A stretch of 64,000 nt of DNA from Podarcis cretensis. Taxonomy: Eukaryota. The notes under the pieces are model-generated. The model worked only from the letters and a program-made list of their open reading frames with translations, did no database searches and was not told the origin of the DNA. Shown here piece by piece: positions 37,896 to 51,390 of this stretch (position 1 is the stretch's first letter; each line of letters begins with the position of its first letter). The translations under genes and the position numbers were made by a program. The stretch is taken from contig OX638150.1 in the NCBI GenBank assembly GCA_951804945.1, forward strand, positions 67,270,001 through 67,334,000. The letters are read 5' to 3'.

Positions 37896-37995
37896 GAATC
37901 ATTGAATTTTAGAGTTTGAAGGGACCCTGAGGGTCATCTAGTCCAAGTCTCCATGGCAGACGGCCATCCAACCTCTGCTTAAAAATATCCAAGGC
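37896..37995 (-). mobile_element. CR1 LINE 3' end fragment
   Basis: gaatcattgaat..agagtttgaagggacc..gggtcatctagtccaa..ggccatccaacctctgcttaaa is the reverse CR1 3' end. Confidence 0.7.
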
Positions 37996-38653
37996 AAAGG
38001 ACTGTACTATCACCATGGAAAACTATCTGGGGTTGCATTCCAGTCAGTGACACACAATCACCAAACACTTGACATAAACACAAAGCTATTTCCCCATTAA
38101 AACACATGCAGACATTTAATTCTTAGTAACTCCAGTCAAGTTTCACCTTCCATTTTCCCAAAACGCTTTGGGTGGAATTAAAGATCTAAACACTTTATCT
38201 GTTCTGTATTTGCAAAAAGTAAAAAAAAAAAATCTCAGTAATTATGGAAGACAGATGCAAATAACATCAGCTCACAGCTGAACTGCAAGCCTTGCCTTAC
38301 CTAAACCCTTAGATCATCTTTGGAAGACCTCCTCAAGATCCCCTCTTTGAGGGAGGCTGGTGTCAAGGGTGAGAGCCTTTTCAATTGTGGCTTCCCATCT
38401 GTGGAATGCTCTCCCACCTAGCATCTTCTTTAGCATGTTCACACAAAAACCTGATTCTCCACTGCTCATTGTCTTCATTTCAGCATCCAAAGCAAGATTG
38501 GGGGGCGGGTGTGTGTGTTGCTGCCGCTAAACAATTTGTTAAACCATTCTAAATATGAAAGCCCAGCCAATCTACTGCTAACCACCAGCAGATCCTAGTT
38601 TTATCTTTTGGCCACCCCCCAATACATAGCACCGCTTTTTGAAAACAGTAGCA

Positions 38654-38792
38654 CAGTCTCCCCTAGCCTGGTGGCCTTCCAGATGTTTTTGGGACTACAA
38701 ATCCCATACTTCCTGACTAGTGGTGATGCTGAATGGCTCTGATGGGAGCTATAGTCCAACAACATCTGCAGGGACACAGGTGGAGAAAGTTG
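38654..38792. mobile_element. Small hAT-Charlie/URR1-like MITE
   Basis: cagatgttt..ggactaca..tcccat / atgggagctatagtcc..aacatctg internal inverted symmetry. Degenerate 8-bp flanks CAGTAGCA / CAGTACTG. Confidence 0.7.
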
Positions 38793-41700
38793 CAGTACTG
38801 GATAACAGGTTTCATCTGAAACCTTACTGGCTTGGAATCTGGAAAGAAAGCAGAAATATATGTATTGCATCCAGCACACTCTTATCATGGTAGATTAATA
38901 TGCATTATGCTGGCTTCAGCAATCAGACTTTGCTGTGTAGCTGTTGAATCGAATCGTTTTATACCACAATAGGAATTAAATGCATTTCTTTGCCCCTGTG
39001 AACATTTCCAGGAAGGGCTTTAAATGAGAAATCTGTTCTCTTTCACATCAGCATGTTTTATTGCAACCACTACCTGCCTACCAGTTTATTTATTTGTGTG
39101 GTGGAATACTAGGCTCTTTTTTTTGCTAATTTGCATTGTTAAAATAAGCTGGTTTTGTAGAATGTAGAGAGCACTCTTTTAGTGGTGCAAAGGAACGGGG
39201 AGATGCCAACTTGAAAGGATACTGGCGCCCAGCATGCAGCTGGGCACCAGAAAACGAAAAGGGAACAAAACGAAACAAATACTCTTGCCAGCGCTGCCTA
39301 TGCTTCACAATGGAAGGAAAATGGGAGTTCTGTTTGCAGAGACAAAGGCACGGGTACCAAACAGTTGACTGTTAACCTCACCAGCCCAATTCAATGTGAC
39401 AGTGACACTTCACAGCACATTGCATCCAATCTCTTTTGAAGCTGACGAAGATTGTTTCTGTTTTATATCTATTGGTTTATTAATGGACCACAGCCTCTTA
39501 AACAGATGCATATTCATTAGGTAGCCAGCTGTTCGGAGGTTCCCAGATGTCGAATGTAGCTTTGTCTTAGAATGTGTGTGTGCTTTTCGTTCTTTTCTTT
39601 TTTTAAAAAAAAGCCCCTTATCATGAAACAAAGTAATTCAGGCCTATTAAAAGAGCTAGTTAATTACTAAACTGGTACCTTATGGCACCCAGTCATTCTT
39701 TTGCCCCTTTTTATGATTTGAGTCATAAAAACCCTGGGGACTTATTTAAGAAAGCCATCCAATACTTTAAAATGAAACACTACAGAATTTTAGACTCCTT
39801 TGTGTAATTGTATCTACTAGAAGAACTCACCTAAATTGGCAGCTGAGTTGTACATTATGGGCCGAGGTCAGAGATAGCACAGATTCTCAAAACTATGGGG
39901 TGGAAGCCTTACCCGCAATAGCCTAGAGAAACAAAAGTAGGCAATTTGCATTCAATCTCTGCTGTTGCCATTGAATATTGGACTTGAAGATTGGGGGGAA
40001 ATGCAAAGAGAAATTCTAGCATGCCTATGGGAGGTTATGGTACATGCAGGAGCAATATACACGGTATAGGTCTGTGCTGTAACTGGGTGAGGGGTATTCA
40101 TGGCTCCTTTGTAATTATTTGTTTCATACAGTGAATTTCCCACACATTTGAGCAGTGTTAAGTCCCTTTTCAACAACAACCAAACCTTCAACTTGAATGG
40201 GGAAGTAGAAATCCAAGAACTTTGCAGATATAATAGCTGCCATCAGAGGAATTGCTTCCTGCAGCTACAGCTTTGCCCTGCCCCATTCATGGTTTTTATT
40301 TCCCCCACCCAAGCAGGCAACAAATCACTGGTTTGGAGCCGAGATGGCTCAGTCGAAGTGAGAATGTAAGAGCTCTAAAGGATAGAAGGGCCCTAATACC
40401 TAGTGGCCAGAAAATCATGGGACTGCAATGCATGAACATTGTTACATAGCTGGATTCTGTTGCATAAGTAAAACCTTATCACGCAGATATGCAACCAATC
40501 ATGAGAGTCTCTTTTTAAGAATTACTTGTAATCACAATTTCTTACCTTATGTGGCTGTTTTGCTCCAGCTTTACACAAGCACTGGCTAAGGGCAGCTTTA
40601 AGTGGGAATTTTCATTTTCCAGAGCCATTTTTCTGCATTGGTGTTTCAAGACATAGCACTCCATTCCATGCATTATCGTCACATAAAGCCTTGTCAGAAC
40701 TTGTCATAAAGTGACACATAAAATGGCCATGTTTGATACAGACACCAGTGTTTGCCCAGTACAGGTCAGGCTGAACTTCCCTTGTTGGTTTTCTTGCTGG
40801 AATAGCAGTTCATGGCTCTTGTTCCTTTGGCCAATGGGTGGGGTCAGAAGGATTACAAAATTGTTTGTGAATGGGAGTAATGAGGGAGGAGTTTCTTCCT
40901 GGAAGCTGCCCTCCTCTTCCGTGGAAGGTCCCTCCTGCCCACTTGAGAAAAAAAAGAATATTCCTGATGCTCATCAGTCTAGTTAGTGAAAAAGTAAAGG
41001 AAACACATTTGAACGCTTTTGCATTCCCCCTTCTTTTCCTAAGTGTCAAGAGTATCATATTCTTACCAATTTGACAGCTGAAAATTTATAGCCCAGTTGA
41101 ATGCCAATTGAGCCCTAAGTCAGTCGTCTAAGTGGGTTTGGTGGAACTTATTCCCAGGCAAACAGGCGCAAGATTGCAACCATAATAGCTATTGGAATAC
41201 AAATTAAAATGAGAGAAGAAAAATTGCCTTCCAAAGTAATTTGTAACTAAAAAACAGCAATTTGAGCACATTCCAAATCAAAGCTTTTATTAGATTTCAT
41301 ATTATACCTACACACACCTCAATCTGTGTTTCACTGCTTACAGAATTTCAACTTGCTACTGTGGATAGAAAGTGGGTTTCACTTTTGGGAAAGTAAGATG
41401 CAGCTTTGGAGTGAGAACCCAAGAGCCTAGTACACAAGCTATTTCAGGGAAGCGTGACACAACCAGGTGGCTTCTATTGGAAGGTTGAAGAAGCTGAAAG
41501 GACTATTGCTTTTCCAAATGTTGTTGGGGATCAAATGCAAGTCAAACTTTCTTTAAAACCTCCTCAGACATTTTGTAAATTCCAGAAATAAGCTATAATA
41601 TTAAACATAGCCAAGAAGCAGCCTAGTACAGACTTGCAAGTGAACCTGCTACAAAGTAGTGCATGGTGGCAAGGTCCTTTTGACAGTTCTAGCCACCCAG

Positions 41701-41959
41701 CAGCGCTATTTTCCAGGATACTTCATTCCATTGCACCTCCCTCTGATCCCTATTCAAGCAGTCACCATTCTGTGACCAATGAACAGGTTAAATCCTCATT
41801 AAGCAATTTTTTTGTTCCCCAACCCCCCTTTTAAAGTTTTTCTTAACAAACAAAAAATCTTCTCCTGCAAACATTGAGACCCTTCCATGCCTGCTAATGT
41901 TTAGATGGCGCTGTTTGGGCTACATAAGGATCTAGACTCAGAGCGTGAGTCCACTATAG

Positions 41960-42395
41960 CAGTGGTTTCAACCAGTGTGCCGTGGCCCCCTGGGGTGCCT
42001 TGGTCAGGGGTGCAGTGGGCAACACTGGCCTCTGTCCCTCTTTCCTTCCCTCCCTCCTCTGATGCCCTCTTGTGTCTCTGCTTCCAAAAGGCTTGCACAG
42101 TTGTTTTATTGCTGCAGCCCCAACTATAAGCTCTGCAGGCAAATGTTGCCTCTGGAAGGCACCTCTCTTTGGGGTGGGGGCAGCTCAGAGACCAGGGACA
42201 GCAGCAGCTACCCGGAGGACTCCCAAGGAGAGGAGAAGAGGCTGAGGGATCTCTCCACAAGGGAGGGTGTTCAAAAAAGGGTGAGAGGTCGCAGGCAAGG
42301 GGCAACATAACTGGGCTCCTGAGCCCCTCAGCGTGATGCAGAAAGAAGGTAGTTGGTCAAAGGAGCGATGGACTCAAAAAGATTGAAAACCTCTG
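41960..42395. mobile_element. hAT non-autonomous DNA transposon
   Basis: TIRs CAGTGGTTTCAACC / reverse complement CAGAGGTTTTCAATC. Perfect 8-bp TSD CACTATAG at 41952-41959 and 42396-42403. Confidence 0.88.
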
Positions 42396-43816
42396 CACTA
42401 TAGGATGACGGTTGCTGCACTGAATACCTAGGTATGATAAAGTGTCCTGGAATACACATCTCTGGAAACCCGAGACCTGGGAGAATATAAATGGTTTCAA
42501 GCGCTGGTTACATTTATTGTTGATATCACCTTGAGTGCAGGATGCCTGCTTACATTATGCAAAAACTTCATTGATAAATCCCTCCTGCCCTCCTCCTCTC
42601 CACCAGAAGTGTCAAGCTCTTCTTTGCTGATGGATCGAGATGAAACAGATGCTGCCATAAATACTCTTGTTTAGTGGTTTCAGATGCAGTTTCTGTTTTG
42701 TAGAACACACTGAGTGCTCAGGTTATCAGCAAGCGTGCACCTGTGCTGTTTATGCCTTTGCTAGGTCCTAGGGTTCTGCGATGGCATAGTAAATTCATTC
42801 CGAAGGACAGCCTTACAAAAAGACCCAAGCATAATGCTTAAGTTGCATACAACATGATCATCTATTTTGAGTGGAAACTTTAAATCTGAAACATACAAAG
42901 TACCTGATGAATGTGGGCCCTGTTGCCTTCTTCGTACAATCTTTTTTATTTTTTTACCTGCAAGTAAACATGACATCCCAATGTGAGCCTGTAAGACTGC
43001 CAAGCCTCTGTAGGTTGCTTTGCAACTATCTGCCATTTCTTTTTCCTCTGAGCAATTGTTTATTTTGGGGCAATTTGTGAGATCTGCACACCAAGGTGAA
43101 TACTCTTGATACTACCATCCATGGTGGTTGATTGAACTTAACACGATTATGTAGAGAAGCAAGCTTCGGGAGTATCCACTTTTATGGCTGTCCCTTTTCT
43201 TGAAAGTTTGACAATACATTTTTCACAAGCAAACACAAGTTACCGTATGCCCTAGTACTTTGTGGCCAGGTTTAAGAGGCACAGGTTTTCAATGTTTTTT
43301 ATGCCTGCTTTGAATGTGTCACTGTTACTGCCTGGACCCCTTTGGAAAGCAATAGGATTCAACCCCAATGCAGAACTACTACCGAAATACTTGAAGAGTT
43401 TCACAACATTTCCTAAAGAAGTAAATCTAGTCCAACTTGCTTTCTGAAGCATTATTTTAAAGCCTGAAGAGGCACATCCCAGCCTTTCATTGTATTGTAT
43501 TGAGAATACATTATTGGACTTTGGTGCCTTGACATCATAACAGTAGAATAACGTTTTTAAAAACAGGTTTGACAACTTCTCCGTTCCCCCCGAAAACCAG
43601 TTTGCTCCCACCTCCTGCAGTTTTGTAGGTTCATTTTTATTTTATTTTTACTTTTTTTTTGCTTCTCAACATCTGTCACAAGACAAACTTATGAAGACAA
43701 TTCCCACAAAAAGTTCAAGGGTTTCAAAACTGGAGCTGAAGAGAAGGCGATCTGTCCCGCACAGCCAGTAAAGCTTGTCTTGATTACTTTGATGTAACAA
43801 CACTTGAAAGCTCTAT

Positions 43817-43988
43817 NNNNNNNNNNNNNNNNNNNNNNNNNNNNNNNNNNNNNNNNNNNNNNNNNNNNNNNNNNNNNNNNNNNNNNNNNNNNNNNNNNNN
43901 NNNNNNNNNNNNNNNNNNNNNNNNNNNNNNNNNNNNNNNNNNNNNNNNNNNNNNNNNNNNNNNNNNNNNNNNNNNNNNNNNNNNNNNN
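43817..43988. other. Assembly gap (172 N)
   Basis: Run of N. Confidence 1.
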
Positions 43989-44459
43989 GCTGGAGTGGGT
44001 CAAGATATCTGCGCTGCTTCATTTTTAATTCCTAACAGTAGAGTCAGATAGGGAAGGCGGGAGATAAAAAGTCATTAAACAATTTTAAATTATTTATAAA
44101 AATTACTTTACCCAAATTATAATTATTTCTCTCCCCCCGCCAACTGCTCTCATGAAATGTCAAATGGAATGAAAGGAGAAGCAGCCCCAACATTGTTTTT
44201 AATGAACACTTTAATGTTATGTATAACAGAACATTATGAATACAATGGAAATAAAGTTTTATCAATTTAATAATAATAAAAAATATCCAACATAAGAAAG
44301 GGGAGCCAATAAAGTTTCATACCTAGAATATAGTACTCATTCTTAGTAGCAGCCCTGGCTCTGTGAATATAAACTGAACCTCTGCATCCCAGACTAAAAA
44401 TCATGATCTGTGTTTGAACCTAAATGCAGAATCATAGCAGGAAAAGAAAAAGCCTTTAA

Positions 44460-44482
44460 TTTATTCTTTCATTTCCTTTATT
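44460..44482 (-). terminator. Candidate CLINT1 polyadenylation signals (two AATAAA on - strand)
   Basis: TTTATT on + at 44460-44465 and 44477-44482, ~1.15 kb past the CLINT1 stop, followed on - by a U-rich tract. Confidence 0.45.
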
Positions 44483-45612
44483 TTCATTAATTCATAAAAT
44501 CTGACTGCTACAGGTTTCCTTTAATAATAATAATAATAATCTATATATTTATTCATTTATATATATTTATTTAATCCCTTTCTATTGGATTCCGCAATTG
44601 CTAAGGCCATATTTACATAAAACAAGTGAAGTCACCAAATGTATAAAATTTAGAATCCAATGCTGTTGGATTAACAAAAAGTTTAGAGGTGTTCTTTCTT
44701 AATTTAAAGATGCTGTTTCTCTTTTTTTGTGTTGCAAGAAAAAAAAAATCTTGCATTTTGACTGTCAGTGATGTAAACAGTGACCCTAAAGACCCCAAGG
44801 GAGGCTGCCACTTTTCACTGGAGTATGGCTGCAGAAAAACCACCCCAACCAAAACCCAACCATATATATATATACTCTAGAGTTTTCTGAAAGGAAACCA
44901 TACAGCAGTCTGAATGAAGTTTCTACCAGTTCTGCATTGCGTATTAAAGCAGAAAGAGGTAGGAAAACCCCACCCGTCCCACCCTATTCATCAGCAAATT
45001 GCTTAAAGAGGTCTATAATAAAAATTTGGATAGTATAGCAGTGTTGCTGGAAGAGTAGCAAAAGTATATATACATTCCAGGTCCCTTTGAATTAGCCATA
45101 ATCACATATGTAAGCCATTTTTTTTTGGACAAAAATATATATATATTCTTATAAAAAATTGATCAGCATACTTTGACTTCAAATTTGACTCAGTGGTAGG
45201 AAAAGGAACGGATCCAATTATGATAAATAGATTCCAGGAGGGAAAAAAAGAAATCAAGTATAAAATTAGATTCACACAGATATACCCAGCCCCCAAATTC
45301 CAGAGTTTCCACAAGTTTCAAAGTTAAAACTGGTTCTGCCATCTAAGAAAGGCTTTTAATTCTCTTGTTAAAAAACAAGGCCTAGTGATTGCAATATCAA
45401 CCATATCACTCGGTGGAGGACGTTTTCTTCACCAAAACTTGAACAAAAGTAGGTTGGGAGTTTACAAAATGACCTTTGGGTTCTTTAGATGGGCTCCTTT
45501 AAAGTAAGCAATAAAAGAAAAAGAGAAAGCATTTGATCAGCATTTTCAACCCTTATCCCAGCTTTATTTGTGCAGCTAAAATCCTTCATTCAATCTGATT
45601 GGTTTACAATCT

Positions 45613-45968
45613 TTATTTGCTAAAATTTGCAAAATTTGCAAAGGCATCTTGCTTAGGTTGCACAGTTCCGGGAGTCATGGAGGATGCCACAGCTATATTA
45701 GTAATGCCCATGCCCGACAAACCCATTCCAGAAGTTGGCATTGCCATGTTCACATTCATTCCCATCATGCCCTGGTTCATCATAGGTGTGCCTCCCATGG
45801 AGGCCATCCCGATCGTGCCAGTCATCACAGTGGGCATTCCCATTCCCACGGGAACAGGCCCGCCCATCAATGGGTTTGCAGGAGGTCGAGCAGGCATCAT
45901 GCTGGGTGGTGAGTTGAGGCTCATGGTTGCAAAATTCTGAGACATCACATTCATCGGTTGTTGCATAT
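45613..45968 (-). CDS. CLINT1: CLINT1 (clathrin interactor 1 / epsinR) last coding exon, Met-rich tail
   Basis: (N)MQQPMNVMSQNF...TPGTVQPKQDAFANFANFSK*, the characteristic epsinR C-terminus. ccgcAG acceptor. Confidence 0.97.
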
Positions 45969-46817
45969 CTGCGGGGCAAAAATGAAGTTTTAAATGTTAA
46001 GGTGATTTTTTATGATATTTCTATTATTCAAAGAAAATGCAAGTATATTCCCACCCCACCCTTATTTAACATATTGGCTGTATATTAAAAACAAAGCTGA
46101 TCCTTAAAGGCATCATCCAACATATTTCTATATGCCTGACAACTGAAGTCCAGCACAAATCCTAGTTGTCATAGTTCCCCTTCCTCCAATTCTCTTCTTT
46201 CTCCATGGCCAAACCATGCTTTGTCTAGATACACACTTATTTATTATGCTCAGGGATCCACAAATATAGTGTATTCCCTCTACATTAGATATTTTAAAGC
46301 ACAACTTTGCTAGTACCTGGCTCAGAAACTGGGGAAAGGGAGAAGGAAATGAAAATTCTGTTGAACAAGAATCCCCTTTCACTGCTTGGGGGCTGACACT
46401 TCAAGAGTTTGGGAGGAGACACCACAAAAAGTTTTTAAAGGCTACACTATATCATTAGATCAGGGTGAGGAAAATTCAAAGCACAAGCAAGCCGATATAG
46501 TTTGTGATCCATCAAGTTGAAAATGGTTGGCCCACCAGCCACATGCTCTCTGGGATCACAAAAACAAAAGGCAGAACCCAAAGAATGGCTGGTCAATCAA
46601 AAGTTGTGCATACTCAAGCAAGAGAGTTTTTAAACGGTAGAAGGCTACGAATTTACAGATAATATACTTTGGTCAAGAAAAAGGGAGAATTTATAGGTTC
46701 TGAGGAAGTCTAGTGTTCTGGGTTTTTTAACACCCACCCACCCACATTTTGATCAAGAATATATTGTGAAGAGTGACCTCATTGAAATACATGCACAGCA
46801 AGAACTGTATTACTTAC

Positions 46818-47022
46818 TTTGTTGCTGAATCATTGTGTTGAGTGATGGTTGCTGGGGCTTGGAAGGCTGCATACCAGGAACTAAATTGTCCAAACTGATA
46901 TTTACACTTGGGTCTGACCAAGTGGATGGCAGGGTTTTGCCTACATTTTTGGGGACTATCTCTGTGCCCATATTATAAAGTGGATTAGGCTTCTGTATCA
47001 TTGGGTTAACACCGTGCAAAGG
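46818..47022 (-). CDS. CLINT1: CLINT1 penultimate coding exon
   Basis: PLHGVNPMIQKPNPLYNMGTEIVPKNVGKTLPSTWSDPSVNISLDNLVPGMQPSKPQQPSLNTMIQQQ. ttctAG acceptor, GTAAGT donor. Confidence 0.93.
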
Positions 47023-47369
47023 CTAGAAGCATTAAAGAAAGAAAAAAAGAGATCTTTAGAGTTATGCTACGAATTGCCAACACAGTATTTTACAGCTATA
47101 ATTTATCAGAGAGAGGAGTTCATCCAGTCTTCATAAAGAGAAACAGATGGACATTTATGTTCTCCTAAGAGAACTGAAGAAAGTTGAAGTTCATGCTCAT
47201 AAAATTCTCAAGAGCATCTCTTTAAGTACTTTACCTATCATCTGGTAGTCTTCTGGAACTGTGCCAAGAGTGGTAATTCAGAAGTGCCTTGCTCCCCCCC
47301 TTACCTAAAAATACTTTCTCTGAACCATCCTTCTATTTTAGATGCTTTGGAAAATTAGTTTTCTTCTTC

Positions 47370-47505
47370 TTACATTTACAGTATATTCCTCCTTTCTTCC
47401 ATCATGGAACCCACACAAGTAATTTCCATGAGGTCTTGCACTGACCAGACCCTGACTTGCTTAATTTCAGTAGGTTAGTGGCCTCATGTGACTTCAGACC
47501 ATACC
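47370..47505 (-). mobile_element. Degenerate 5S-rRNA-derived SINE (SINE3-like)
   Basis: Minus strand gaaattaagcaagtcagggtctggtcagtgc resembles the 5S internal control region aagctaagcagggtcgggcctggttagtac. Confidence 0.5.
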
Positions 47506-47862
47506 TGATCAACTAGTTGCTAAGTTTCCCAAGTCCAAAGACTTGTTTTCAATAGTCAACTACTCTCAAACTGGGTAAAACTATATGTGAGCCAGTTTGT
47601 CAGAAACAGGTGGCACTCCCCACCCTCATCCCCCTTGCTACAATCAAAGTGTCACAAGTTTGAAGTCTTCCTTATGTTCTAAACTCTTAGATTGCTTTAG
47701 ATGTTTCCTCTCTCAATTTACTTAAATCTTGAAGAGGGGCCAGTGAAGCAAAAAGGGAAGAAAACACTTTCAGAGCTACAGAAAAGATGCTTTAAGTTAA
47801 GTGTGTGTCAAAACTATCTGTTGAGTAAACAGTAGTCAAGGGACTGCCGAACAGCACCATAC

Positions 47863-48158
47863 CTGTGACCTTGACATAGGTAGATTGATGCTGACAGTGC
47901 TGGAACCCATCATAGATAAATTCATGCTTTGGGAAGAGGTCATGGTGGCTTGGGAGGTACCCATCAAATCAAAGAGGTCAGAAGGATTTGAAGCAGCTGG
48001 AGGCTGGCCAAGGCTCTGCTGAGCAGAGCCACCAAAGAGCTCAACAGCTGGCTGAGCAGAGCCACCAAAGAGCTCTCCAGCTGAAGCAGCAGGGCTTGGA
48101 GAGGTTTGGTTGAAGGCACTCCAGTCGCCAAACTCTCCATTCCCACTTGCAGTTGTAC
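47863..48158 (-). CDS. CLINT1: CLINT1 coding exon (GAE- and clathrin-binding motif region)
   Basis: (G)TTASGNGEFGDWSAFNQ...SDLFDLMGTSQATMTSSQSMNLSMM...LPMSRSQ. ccccAG acceptor, GTATGG donor. Confidence 0.95.
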
Positions 48159-51100
48159 CTGGGGAGGGAAAAGAAAGGTAAGAGTCTTTATGAAAAGCAC
48201 AGAGCAAATGCCACATTCCATGAAGTGAAACAAATGAGAGCCGATGTATGTCCATCCAGATTAACATCTGCAGGTAGGATCTCCATCTGGACATTACTCT
48301 CCCTCATGAATATTCCAACAATTTTAACAGGATAGCAAAAGGGGGGGGGGCATAAGAATGAAACAGCCACAGCAGTGCTAAAGTATGGCTGGTTATGTGC
48401 CACCTGTGGAGTCCACATGAGTGGGACATAGATATCCTAACAGGCAAATCTGCAGGATCCACTTTCAACACATAAGAATGTGGCAGGAATAAGAGATACC
48501 TGAAACATAGCAGAAGTTCAGTATCTAAATTGCCAGTAGCTCAAAATTGGGAGCCTTAAGCAAAGCTGCAAACATTAACTCATTGATGTTTTGAATCAAT
48601 CACTGTGAACAAGGCTGGTCTCACAGTCGCAAGAAGTCATAAAAACAGCAATTTGTTCAAACTCATCTGATTACATATACATTACTTGCTGTATAGAGTT
48701 ATTAAACTGGTACAGCTAAGTGGGATACCAATAAAATAATGGGCTTTCAAATTCAGTTGCCTCAGGGTGTTTATCTCACCTCTGTTGTGCTTGTTAACAG
48801 CATTGTGTAGTATTTATTTAGCGCTCTATGGGAGCTTTGATAAATATGCATTCCAAGCTCACACATGCTCTCAAATCTTTGTACAGCATGTGCATAGAGA
48901 GCTGCAAGACATTTAGTTCTTTTAACGGCAGTCTGCCTGTCTTTACATATTTTAAAAATACACATTTTACTGGAATAAACTTGTGAGTGAAGCTCCAAGG
49001 TGTAAAGATCATGAGGAAATAGATGTTAGGTTTTTAAAGCGAATGAGCCTTTGGTATGATTATCAATTGCTAGCTACTGATGAGTATTTCAGTTTTGAAG
49101 TGCAACAGTTACGTAGATCTTACTTTTGTAGCCTGATGCACAGACAAAGGCACACAGGGGCACACATGCCAGCACTGGTTTTCACACAGTTGAACAACTT
49201 GCAATTTACATTTAACTGTTAGGCCTCATCAGTGCAGGCAGAAAAGAAAGCATTCAAAATTTTAAATCAATGTTCACCTGACAGGTCTGAGAGAGGAGAG
49301 ACCCTGCTGATTTCAGAATAATCTGGTCTGTGCAGCCAGCTAGGAATTAGTGATCTACAAACCTGCCTATTACTTAGAATCTAACTCACCTAATCTTAAA
49401 AAGGTTGCAATAATTTACATTTCATGTCAATAATTCATAATAGTACCTGTTCGCCTGGGTATAAAACCCTTGTTTTAATTAATTTCTCCTCCACAGGTGG
49501 ATTAAAATTTAAGTAAGGAAGGGCAGGGAGGGAAAAGTACATCCATCACTTATCTGTGCACTACAATCCACTTTAACGCAAGTGCTAGGCTAGAATTCAT
49601 TAGCTTGGGGCCACAATGAAACATTCTGCTTTGATCTCCCTTACAAAAGGGACTTTATAGGGAATATTTCAATTAGTACTACCTATTAAAAATTTAAGCA
49701 CACTTACAAGTATTCCTGATGGATAAGTAAATGCTGATTCTCCAGTTACGGGATGATCATATCCAAACACAAATAAAGGAAAGGGGGAGAAGACAGAGGC
49801 ATTTGATGCCACTCTTTGGGGAGCTTTACCAAAGATGATTAATCAACAAAAGATTTCTGGGGGGGCTTTACTGCTCAAGAATGATTAATCATTGCTGGCT
49901 GCTTGCATAAAGGTGATTGGTGGATATTAATCATATTAACACTGATAAAGGAGTATTATCAAGCTTAGACTGCATTATTAGCATAATAGGATTTGAGCAC
50001 CACAAACCTAAATTTTCAATAACCTGTAAAATCAAGGCAGAACATTATTAAAGCTTAAAGTATTTAAGGGCACAGTTCTCAAGTCAAATCCTATCCCTCA
50101 ATACAATGCATTTTATTACTGATGGCTGCAAGAAACACCACACCTTCTTCTATGCAATATGCTTTGTGGTGGAACAATTGTTTCAGCTACTGCTTGGTTC
50201 AAAACTCTTTGAACAATCCTAGCTCTGTTGACCAGCTATCTTAATTCACATTAATTCATTGGGTCTTTTAAAAAGTAATTTGGGTAACAGCAATTATTAT
50301 AGCAGTGTGGCAAGAATACAACAAAAGACAGTATTTTAGGGCCAATCATAACATTTGTATAAGCTTGCTCACCCCTACAAGGGGCTCTTACTGTGAAGTT
50401 TTCATGTTTTTTCTCCCCAGTGGACAATTTTTAGTTTGTGTGGAACTTAAATAAATCAGTACACACAAATTAACAGTCCCCTCCCTGGACATGTAGCAAT
50501 CCTGCCTTATGCACAGCATCTATTGTCGAATTCTAAATGTTTCTTGGGTAAATTCTAGCCTTCTTCCAAGAGAGTACTTTAATATAAAGTGTGGACTTGT
50601 AGAATACAATTCTTAAGAGGCTTATTGCAGATTACATAAAAGGTTACCATTACAGGCGAAAGGGGATGGAGTACACAACATACGATACTATAGCAATAGC
50701 TACTACTCAGTATTAATTGGAATTCATTCTTGGTACCTGTGAAAATCATCCCAGCCCAGTATTTCAGTTAGCTTCAATTAATGTTAAAGGTGTTTGTGAG
50801 GGGAGACAAAGTAATGATCATTACTGCTGTATTAATCCATTTAAATTCATTTTGGTGCTTGTAAAAATCATTCCAGAGCAATTATTTCATTTGTGTGGGT
50901 GCGCATCCTCTCTACTGGGGGTGTGCATATGTATGCTGTTCATCCCCCTCCTTCACCTGGGTGGATTTTGTAAGTGTGTGTGTCCAAGTGCACATGATCT
51001 ATGCAATTCTCAAAGGTGTAGCAAACCTTTGATGTGGCCCTTGAGCTGGAAAAAGTAAGACACCCCTGGGCGAAGGGTCAAAGGAAAAGCTCATTCCCCA

Positions 51101-51303
51101 AAGAATTAATCCCTCTGCCCCGAATAGGGAATAAGTCATAATAAAATGAAACTGCATCACAATACAAAGCGGCAGAATCTAGCACCTTTAAAATGAGAAC
51201 TAGACATAGAATTTAATCTATTCTGGAAGAGAAGACACTTTCAAGTAGCAAGAGACCAAAATTTGAGAGGTCAGCTTTCTGTTCCACTCCCTTGGCACTG
51301 TAC

Positions 51304-51390
51304 CTTGTGATGGGGGGCAGCTTGCTGAGGCAGAGGCAGCGGCAGCAGAGCTAAAGTCCGCAAACCCTCCGAAGGGGTCAGTGGCTCCAC
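51304..51390 (-). CDS. CLINT1: CLINT1 coding exon (FGGFADF motif)
   Basis: (G)GATDPFGGFADFSSAAAASASASCPPSQ. tgtAG acceptor, GTACAG donor, phase 1-1. Confidence 0.92.

Noticed and set aside
39223-39249. TGGCGCCCAGC...GCTGGGCACCA hairpin resembling a tRNA-Lys primer-binding site
   Set aside because: Only a partial PBS match with no adjacent LTR or gag-like sequence; likely chance.
26030-44400. Possible hidden gene among the short ORFs of the LSM11-CLINT1 intergenic region
   Set aside because: No recognisable domains, no consistent exon chain and no CpG island; the ORFs fall in repeats or look random. A lncRNA cannot be excluded from sequence alone.
45599-45979. Overlapping alternative-frame and antisense ORFs over the last CLINT1 exon
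   Set aside because: Explained by the low-complexity Met/Gly/Pro codon usage of the real exon.
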